A stretch of DNA of 64,000 nt from Mayamaea pseudoterrestris (lineage: Eukaryota): assembly GCA_027923505.1 (NCBI GenBank), contig BROI01000003.1:1488001-1552000 (forward strand), read 5' to 3'. Below are positions 55,735-64,000 of the stretch, piece by piece. The position numbers and the translations under genes are program-made. Numbering within the stretch: the first letter of the stretch is position 1; every line of letters begins with the position of its first letter. Below the pieces are notes generated by a model. It was not told the DNA's origin. It saw only the letters and a program-made list of their open reading frames with translations, and ran no database searches.

Positions 55735-55998
55735 ACTTCTGTTCTCTTCCAATTATCTCAAAGACTGGTTGTTGGTTGATGGCCAAGCCATCAGCAACCG
55801 AAACGGATGTCGCCGCGCCGCGCCGCGCCGCGAAGGTGTTCATGTCCTACTGGTTACTACTGCGACGTGCCTTGCACAATTTCTTGGCCGCGAAGTTTCC
55901 AAGTACAGTACATAACAGATAGTAGCGCACTATTAGGTCTTGTAACGCTTGTCACTTCACTAAACTATAAATTGATGCTATATGAAAGCTTGTGCATC

Positions 55999-57136
55999 CT
56001 ACACATCACCAAGCGTCGCGCCGCCCATTGTCGCCATCGGATCGGCAACTGCCGCAGCCGAAGCCTCCTTCTTTCCAACCATAGCTTCTGCAGATGTCGG
56101 GACAAGTACAACGTTCCTCCAGTCAATTTCGGATTCTTTTTGCATCATTTCAACCAGATCGTGGATGCTCATTAAATTAATGGCGGGTTCGACGCCCTGT
56201 ACGTCTGCTGGCGCCTGCGCCATAAACTGTTGCCATGTGCTCACCATCATTTGTAGCGAGAAATACATTGGAAGTAACGTAATTGGCTCTCCTTTTTCGC
56301 CATCTGCTGGTTGCTTCTGCATGCGCATTTGTGCAATTGTGAAAACTGGTATCTCATTGTAAGTAGCATTGAATTTAGTCGCTTCCGTCATGGCCTTCTT
56401 TATGGCAGCCTGCGCCATTTCGGGTGTCATACTGCCTGCCTCCTTCATCTTTTCTCCGTCCTCTGGGCTCATGGTCAACAACATGCGGGCTCCGAGCAAA
56501 TCACGTGTGTCGGGGACAAGGCGATATTCGACTCCTTTCGTTGCTTCGCCCTCACTATCAGCTGCCCCCGGGGTTTTCAATATCACTTCCTTCTCCGGAT
56601 TATTGATCAAATTAAACCAGATTTTTCCAAGAGAAAAAGCAGAGACTTTCAAGTCCATCTCTTCATTGGCTGATTTGAGTTGTGTCAGGGTTGCATTTGC
56701 CTGCATCGGGTTCAAGAAGAAGTAAAAGACAGATGTGTCATTTTCTGGCTTTAGCACAACACCTGCCCCGTTGGAATCTGTTACAGCGTAAACAGGAATA
56801 TGTTCCATCCATTCTTCAATTTCCTCTTTGCTCAGAGCTGGGTATAATTCCTTAGATTCGGTCGCGGTAGCTGTCGCCCCGTCGTCGGTTCTAAAAGGCG
56901 AGGTACGTGTAACAAGTCAGCCAACATACCATTCCATAGAGCCAGTCAAACGCATTATCACATCCATTTGCTTACTTTTCGTCTTTACCGCCACCAAATA
57001 AGCCACCGCCACGCGGCACTCCAAAAAGTGACGGTGAATGACGAGAGTTCGATACAAGATTCCTGGCGAAAGATGCCGTCGAAGAAACAACGGAGAAGCA
57101 ACTAAACAGCAAAGTCAACGCAGTAAAAGTCTTCAT
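55999..57136 (-). CDS. Tic22-like complex-plastid import protein (1 intron)
   Basis: Signal peptide followed by PRGG. Two-fold internal pattern IPVYAVTD...FFL and IPVF...PMYFS. Confidence 0.65.
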
Positions 57137-57607
57137 AATGTTGCCACTCGAGTTATCTTGTTTTCTGTTACAGCTTTGTAAGTGCTGTCGCGATGGGTCT
57201 GATGTTTTGATCGTCACAACAATGGAACGAAAACGTTCGAATGGACGGTTCTCGAACTTCAATCTCGCACCACGACTCGAAAACGGACGACGTCCAGTGC
57301 AATCGACACGCGTTGATTCACTGCAGCTTCCAATTCGCAGAAGTTAGCTAGCTAAAGTGCACCGTTTTACATGTATTTGGAGCCTGTCCCAGTAACAAGC
57401 AGATGGAGGATAGGTTGTGTCTCAACTTGGTTGCCAGGTGAGCAATAGTTATACTTTCACCAGCTTACTCAGTGAGAAATCAACCTTGTCCGAAGGACTA
57501 CTTGAAGCCGCTACTGGATACTGAAGGATAGTACAGAACGACCAATACTGTTCCTTGAGATTTAAATGAACTAACTTATTAACCATGTTTGTGCAATGCA
57601 GGATCAG

Positions 57608-58072
57608 TTATCTATTGGCATTTGTTCCTCGCATTGAGCCATTTCCAACATTTCCACGCACCGTTCCCAAACCCATGCATTTATCCAAATGCGGAGCAAA
57701 GCGCGACACTGCCACTTGACGATTGCAGATCTGGCATTCCACTAGATACTTCGGTTCCTGGGCAGGAATGGCACCCCAAATATCGGCATTACTGTATATG
57801 GGTCTCCGCAGCTTCGTTGCTGTGTCCTCGTTTGACTCCATCTTCACTGCAATGGGTTCTTCAACACCTATATCGTCGCTTAAACAGGACGAGTCCAGCC
57901 GAGCTCTCTTGTTGATATCCGCAATTTCTTCGACGGCATACTTTTCAATCGCCGCTTGCGCCTCCTCGTTAGTCTTGTACAAGCCTGGATATAGCTTCCT
58001 CCTTTGCTCTAAATGAGCAATACGCGAGTCTTCGTCGTTTAATTCTGTACTTGATGAACTAAAGTCTTTCAT
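57608..58072 (-). CDS. SGF11: SAGA-associated factor 11 (ATXN7L3-like)
   Basis: DIWG...VECQICNRQVAVSRFAPHLDKCMGLG zinc finger. Confidence 0.9.
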   Translation of the reverse strand: MKDFSSSSTELNDEDSRIAHLEQRRKLYPGLYKTNEEAQAAIEKYAVEEIADINKRARLDSSCLSDDIGVEEPIAVKMESNEDTATKLRRPIYSNADIWGAIPAQEPKYLVECQICNRQVAVSRFAPHLDKCMGLGTVRGNVGNGSMRGTNANR

Positions 58073-58358
58073 TTCTTAGACAGCAATAAAAAGAGGAATC
58101 TCCCATGGTGAGTGATGAGTGTTGTCGCGCGTCCGATTCTTTCGGCCGGATGTGTTGTCGCATCAATACTGGTGCGACGTTTGAAGTCGGTGCGCGAGAT
58201 TTGCTCGATCATCATCAAGTCGGTGCATCATTTTTACCATGGCGTTGCAGCCGGCTGCGTAGCCTAAACGAAGCGCTATTCATATATCAGCACCGACAAT
58301 TCTATCACAAGCAAGTATTTGAAATAATTTTAGATTCGAAAACCGCAGAAGTAAAACA

Positions 58359-60291
58359 ATGACGGACGAGTTCATCGATGTTGCTTCGTCTCCCTCGAGC
58401 GGCACCAATTTACAGTTCGCCCAAGCCTTTCAACAAGGATCGAATATTAAATACTATTCAGCGGCCAAAGATATCATTGACTTCAGCGATGGAGAAGATG
58501 ATAGCAGCCAAGCACAGCGTCGACGACGCCGTCGGCAACGAAAGCGGCAGCGAGCACTCGAAAACCATGACGAGACACATTCAGCAGCACGTGGCAAGAC
58601 GGATCCAAACGAGCGTGGAAAAAGTTCTAGCATGACCCGAAAGTCTCCGCCACACAATGAGCCGTCGCCGCGAAATATGAACTGCCCTCCAGGTCTATCC
58701 ATTGCAGAAATGGCCGTCCTTGATATATTCCCCGACATTTGTCTTGAGCATCTAAAAACGCTTCTCCAGCAGAACAGTCACCAGTCGGACATAGTCATCA
58801 TGCAGCTCGTCGACAGTCCTTCTTATCCCAAAGAGAGCAGCACTACGGCAATTGGGTCCCCCTTGGTAAAATTGGACGAACGAAAGTGGTCGTTCGACTT
58901 TATGGCAAAAGGAACCTTTGTTGGCACGAAGTGGCTGCACCCATTGTATGCGGACGAGGCAAGAATCCTCATTCAAAATCTTCTCCCGATTTTATCTTTA
59001 AAAGCTCTCAACAATCTACTTGAGAGAAATGATTACCGATATGCCATTTGTCATGACAAAATCATGACGGCGCTAAAGGCTGGGGCCGATGATGAGCTGC
59101 AGCAGTATCGACGACTGGATGCGTTTCTCTTGAGCGGGCACTTGAAAAGTCCAGACGAACAAAAGCCGGCCATTGCGTTATTGACGGGATTCGGAGTCCA
59201 CCAGGCGTTTATTCGAAATCCACGAAAACAAGTTCCTGTTAATATAACGGATCCAGTGCTTTTGGAGGAGAAGCGATATGTCGAATGGAAGTGGCGTGAG
59301 TACAGTGAAAATATGCAAGCGCGATTGCAACGAGAGCGGCACAAAATGGAAGCCGATCGAGCTGGAGCAGGCATTGAATGCATTTGCTGCTTTGATACAT
59401 ATGCGTTCAAGGACATGGTGTATTGTCAGGACAAAGGGCACTTCTGTTGCTGCGAATGCTTAGAAACGTTTGCTAAGACAAAGATTTGGGGAGAAGGAAC
59501 CTTTGGTTTGGACAAAACAACTAAGAAACCATTGCTTGATCTGATCTGTTTTTTTGGAGGCGACGATGGATGTACTTCCTCCTTTGACAGAAAATCTCTG
59601 ATGAAAGCACTGGATGCAAAAACACTGAAAAAGTACGACGAGTTACAGTGCCAACTGGTTGTCGGTGGCGTTTTCGGAGATGACCTCCACTCGTGTCCCA
59701 AGTGTAGCTATAAAGCGGCCGTCCCAGAGGGTCAGATGATTTTTGCATGCCCAGTAGAGGGCTGTCGTTTCGAGTCATGCCGAGGATGTGGCGAGGCGGC
59801 ACATATTCCTTTGCGGTAAGCGAGATCAGATTAATGTGCGGTATGGGCGCGCAGCAAGCTTATATACTTTATACTCTAACAGGTGCGACGAAGTGGAAAA
59901 GGAAGTAGCAGCAAAGGGACGGCTGACTGTAGAAGAAGCAATTAGCCAAGCGAAAATTCGCCGATGTCCAAATGCGCGATGCAAGCAACCATTTTTGAAG
60001 TCGGACGGCTGTAATAAGGTAGCTTGTTCGTGTGGTACATTTGTTTGTTACATCTGCCGCAAGTCCATCAAAGATTACACGCATTTTTGCCAGACGCCTC
60101 ATTGCCAGCATGCTGGTTGCAACAAGTGTCCGCTGTGGACAAAAGGAGACGATGATGACGCTCGAGCCATGCGTGAAGCTGGGCTACAGGCGGCCTCAGA
60201 ATATGCGTCGACAGCTACTGGTGTAAATATCGATGTTGATGACATTCTCAAGGCTGGTGTGACAAAAGCTAAAGCTGCCGCTCAAAAGTAA
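58359..60291 (+). CDS. RBR E3 ubiquitin ligase, RNF216/TRIAD3-like (intron ~59817-59883)
   Basis: RING1 ECICCF...GHFCC.EC, IBR CPKC...SCRGC...HIPLRC, and RING2 KSDGCNKVACSCG...CYICR. Confidence 0.9.
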
Positions 60292-60347
60292 CTCATATTA
60301 GTTTGTTTATTGAACGTTTGTCTATTCGATCGCCAAAATTAATGAAA

Positions 60348-62918
60348 CTATGCCCATCCTGATAGTCGTATCTTCCTCGAAACTCGATGCTTTACAATGA
60401 CAAGCACTAATAAAAGACCGACAACAAGAATTGACAGTAAAGGTCGACTGAACGAGGCCGGCAGCAAATCGAAACCTCGCGAAGGAGATGTTCGCGAGAA
60501 AAATAAATCTGGTCCACCAAAGGCCAAAATTAGCGACTGTGACTCCAAATCAGTCGGCGCGGTGATTATGCCAGTAACATTTTCAATAGTCTGATTGTAA
60601 GACAACGACAGGAAGGAGATCATCGGAATGTATTCTGAATACTGGACCAGCCCCTCTTTTTTCTCCGCCTCTTTAAGATCCCCAACCGGGCGTCGAGGAT
60701 CTACAGTCTTTCGGTCAATATTGTATAATTGTCCGTCAGCGCCGGCGAGAACTAAACGATGGTTGCTGATACCTCGGTGCGTCATCGTCACTCCAATGGC
60801 GGTGATAGGTCGAGCCAGGCTATACATTTTGGCAAGGACCAATGGCTTTGACTCACGCGCATCCAAGCTAGAGAACACTTGGCTTTGATCAGATGCAGTA
60901 AATGCGGTAAGTCCTTTGCTGTCAATCATACCTTCGTATAATGACAAGACTCCAAGCTCTGCACGTCGAGTTTTGGCGTTACTAAATGTGTAGTATATCC
61001 AGTTCTCCGAGATCGCAACTGCCGGCCGTGGATTGGCCACCGCGTTGGCATGGCTGATGCGATACAGCACGCGCCCCGAAACTGAATCCACAATATTTAC
61101 ATACAAGTTTGGTTCATCAGGTATGGTGGATGCTGCAGATCCATCGTCTACCGTAACGCCAAGAGGTTTGCGACTCTGTTTTCCACTCCCTTCGCCTGCT
61201 GCCGCCTCGAGAGCCAAAGATGCTTTCAATTTATTTGTTGTCATGGAGTCGTTCCGCGCGGTAACAATTACCATCAGATGCGGATTTATATACTTTAGCA
61301 GTAACGAGTCATCTCCTACCGCAACCGAAGGAGATGATATGACTTCATCACGCATCGGATGCGCAACGTGCACAATCCGCTCGTTAATGAACGACGTGGA
61401 TCCAGTCGGAATTAATTTCGAATCCAAGCTGGAAATCCAAAATGTCTCGAACAGAGCCTTTTCCCGGTCAATTGCGTGTGTGTAAAATCCATTTTGTGTC
61501 AACGACAAGGTCGCTCCGATGGCTTTTACCACTTGTTCTGAATCCGGTGCCGCGAGGACACTTCCGTCTTTCAAGACGACCATGGCGCTTTGCTGGCACT
61601 CATCCGACGATGAACTCGTTGATACGGGCAAAATCTGTACTATTGGTGACGACAAGTGCACATTTGCTTTGCTCGACAAAGTATAACCAGTAGTTCCGTC
61701 AATGCAGTTCCAATGCAACTGATCAGCACTGTGCGAAACAATCAATACTTGCTTCGAGAGAGTACCTCCCTGAATCCCATGCGTGCCTCTGGGTCCATTG
61801 GCAGCACCATGTACCATGACGTGCTTTGTCCCAGAATCATTCGGAAGATTAACAACGAACGACACTTGGGCACGATGTTCACCAATGGTGTCCATGCCGT
61901 ACACAGCGTGACTTGTAGACGAAAGAAGCAGCGCCGACTTGATAAAGCCAAATAGATGATTGTTGGTTTCCGTCTCAGCCAGCGCCGAGAACGAGCTGAT
62001 TCGATTCCATTGAGATGTCAGTCGAGATTTAAAATGAAGCAGATTGTTTACTTGATTGTGTTTCAGCTTGTGGCTGGAATCAAGTAGAATTGCCTGCGAT
62101 ACAGACGATAAGCCTTCATGCGCTGTCCATCCAATTTTGCATGAACTGGTAGTGCAAGAAGCTATAACGGAGACGCCCCTGACAGTAGTCACAAGAAGAG
62201 TGGCCGACGAATCGTCCTGGCACACGAGCAGTCTCAAATCGTCAGCTTGATCGTCGGGAGCAAGACCTAGATCTACCAAGTCTCCTTGATTTGTTGCAAT
62301 CTTTGTGCAGCTTAAGTCAAGCGATGTGTGCTGTCCGCGACAGTCAAGAGACAACTCAGGCCTTCGCATGTTGACTGAGATTCCACCTGCACGTTGCGAA
62401 AGAAAATCTCCATTGCTGGCGTCAAAAACATGCACCTTAGACTTTGACGCGACCTGAATAGCTTCGCCTTCATTGTTTGCCTTCAAAGATGTCCAACCTT
62501 CGTCTTGAGGCAGTGGTTGCTCCCATAAGAGGCTTCCATCATTGGCACCCCAACAGCGGATGATGGAGGAAGAGTCGATGGAAAAGAGTCGCTCATTGAT
62601 TGGCTCGTAGAGCACATTGAAACGATCATCACGAATCGAGCTGCACACGTTTCTTCTCCATTTCAACGAGCCGTCTTGAAGAGACCGGCAAGCCACATAA
62701 CACGACGAGCCTTGCATTTCCGCACCCGCATCCGAGGTCAGAACGCACTCAGTCTTTACAAGCGCAGCCAAAGAGTTCGGTTTCATCGGCCCATGACCTG
62801 CCGTTGCAACCGTAAAATCCAAAACTCCGGCTTCCTCATATGTGAGAGCTTGTATATGCCATGGCAGCAGCAAGACGAGAATTGCAGACCGGATTAACAT
62901 TGCGAAACAGATCATCAT
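60348..62918 (-). CDS. EMC1: ER membrane protein complex subunit 1
   Basis: Signal peptide, EEAGVLDF, GDDSLLLKYINPHL, SENWIYY, DPRRP, TDLESQSL..A.GGPDLF...PSRGFDLL and a C-terminal TM. Confidence 0.93.
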   Translation of the reverse strand: MMICFAMLIRSAILVLLLPWHIQALTYEEAGVLDFTVATAGHGPMKPNSLAALVKTECVLTSDAGAEMQGSSCYVACRSLQDGSLKWRRNVCSSIRDDRFNVLYEPINERLFSIDSSSIIRCWGANDGSLLWEQPLPQDEGWTSLKANNEGEAIQVASKSKVHVFDASNGDFLSQRAGGISVNMRRPELSLDCRGQHTSLDLSCTKIATNQGDLVDLGLAPDDQADDLRLLVCQDDSSATLLVTTVRGVSVIASCTTSSCKIGWTAHEGLSSVSQAILLDSSHKLKHNQVNNLLHFKSRLTSQWNRISSFSALAETETNNHLFGFIKSALLLSSTSHAVYGMDTIGEHRAQVSFVVNLPNDSGTKHVMVHGAANGPRGTHGIQGGTLSKQVLIVSHSADQLHWNCIDGTTGYTLSSKANVHLSSPIVQILPVSTSSSSDECQQSAMVVLKDGSVLAAPDSEQVVKAIGATLSLTQNGFYTHAIDREKALFETFWISSLDSKLIPTGSTSFINERIVHVAHPMRDEVISSPSVAVGDDSLLLKYINPHLMVIVTARNDSMTTNKLKASLALEAAAGEGSGKQSRKPLGVTVDDGSAASTIPDEPNLYVNIVDSVSGRVLYRISHANAVANPRPAVAISENWIYYTFSNAKTRRAELGVLSLYEGMIDSKGLTAFTASDQSQVFSSLDARESKPLVLAKMYSLARPITAIGVTMTHRGISNHRLVLAGADGQLYNIDRKTVDPRRPVGDLKEAEKKEGLVQYSEYIPMISFLSLSYNQTIENVTGIITAPTDLESQSLILAFGGPDLFFSRTSPSRGFDLLPASFSRPLLSILVVGLLLVLVIVKHRVSRKIRLSGWA

Positions 62919-63169
62919 GGTCGATCAAGATTTTGCGCGGTTGCCGCGTTGCGCACGGAAACGGACGTCGCAGCGCAACTCCTGTGAGACACGAATGACG
63001 TCGTCCATCCAATCAGATTGCGTCTTCACAGCATTGGATGTTCATCGCCAACCCGATCCAATGACAAAGCAAAATGGCAACCTTCATGCATCAACACAAA
63101 TTCTTCCTCGTGAAACCAAGCAACACCATTCACTCTCTACTACTCATCTCTACTATCATTCTCGTCATC

Positions 63170-63775
63170 ATGGCTTCCTCTACTGTCGCCATGACCGCTG
63201 CTGCTGCCTCTGGATTCTACAAGCGCCTTCCATTGCAAATCAAGCTTCTGTCGCAGAGAGCTACTCTTCCCAAGGCTGGATCCGACTTGGCAGCTGGCCT
63301 TGACCTTTGCTCGGCCATTGATATTGTCATTCCAGCGCAGCAACGTGCGTTAGTGCCGACGGACTTGTCGGTGGCCTGTCCAGCTGGAACGTATGCTCGC
63401 ATCGCTCCTCGCTCTGGTTTGGCATTGAAGCATGGGATTGACGTTGGTGCGGGTGTCATTGATGCCGACTATCGTGGACCTGTTGGAGTCATTCTCTTCA
63501 ATTGGGGAAAGGAAGACTTTGTCATCAAGCATGGTGACCGCATTGCTCAAATGATTTTGGAGCAGATTGTGCTTCCGGAGATTGTGCAGGTGGATGATCT
63601 CTCTGACACAGTGCGAGGTGACGGTGGCTTTGGCAGCACTGGTGTCAGCAGCGAGCCGATGCCGAAACGGTTGCGGACCGAGGCAGAGGAGGGAGGAGGG
63701 AAGCGCCGAAGAGAAGAAGGAAATGGATTAGATCTCGAGCAAGTACGAGTACGAGAAAGTTTTGCCAGGGCGTGA
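63170..63775 (+). CDS. dut: dUTP diphosphatase
   Basis: All five motifs are present: [29 protein letters not shown] and [10 protein letters not shown]. Confidence 0.97.
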   Translation: MASSTVAMTAAAASGFYKRLPLQIKLLSQRATLPKAGSDLAAGLDLCSAIDIVIPAQQRALVPTDLSVACPAGTYARIAPRSGLALKHGIDVGAGVIDADYRGPVGVILFNWGKEDFVIKHGDRIAQMILEQIVLPEIVQVDDLSDTVRGDGGFGSTGVSSEPMPKRLRTEAEEGGGKRRREEGNGLDLEQVRVRESFARA

Positions 63776-64000
63776 GGTTTGGATCAGCATTTATGCAGCA
63801 CCGTAAATAAAACGTGGGGAGTATTTAATTTTAATCGTACAAAAGCATATGCGATATATATTTCTCAAGTGCAAGTAGCTTCGCGTCGAAAGAATGCTAG
63901 CGTTTCGATAGCATCCGAACCAGGAAACAATATATGGCCTTCCGCGTGTGTACATTTCCATTGGCCGTCCCGCACCAGAGCCTGGTAATCGCGCACAAAA

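Noticed and set aside
57330..57600. Possible H/ACA snoRNA in the intergenic gap
   Set aside because: Only short ANANNA/ACA matches were found, with no convincing hairpins or target by eye.
10636..62918. EMC2 and EMC1 as a functional gene cluster
   Set aside because: They are about 49 kb apart with many unrelated genes between them, so chance is sufficient.

Overview
This is a gene-dense eukaryotic nuclear window, most likely from a pennate diatom (inference). The evidence is short GT-AG introns, bipartite signal plus 'AF' plastid presequences, and a CoDi-type Ty1/copia element. Bases 1-3.5 kb hold two frameshifted, CpG-rich copia RT-RNaseH-PPT-LTR segments in tandem. Bases 3.5-6.65 kb hold about 9 copies of a CpG-depleted ~348-bp satellite. 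Each satellite unit carries two homologous 13-14-bp palindromes half a unit apart, which differ only by compensatory substitutions; this is the most unusual structure in the window. The rest is about 35 host genes, including SKP1, EMC1, EMC2, SLD5, ClpB, mTERF, PsbW, bL21, SF3B5, MoaC, a Tic22-like protein, SGF11, an RBR ligase and dUTPase. Unusual architectures include a degenerate HSP90-N/UPF0652 fusion, a TYW3-kelch protein lacking the TYW2 catalytic domain, a pseudokinase and two ER-retained 2OG oxygenase paralogues. All protein calls rest on motif recognition by eye, and intron boundaries are approximate.
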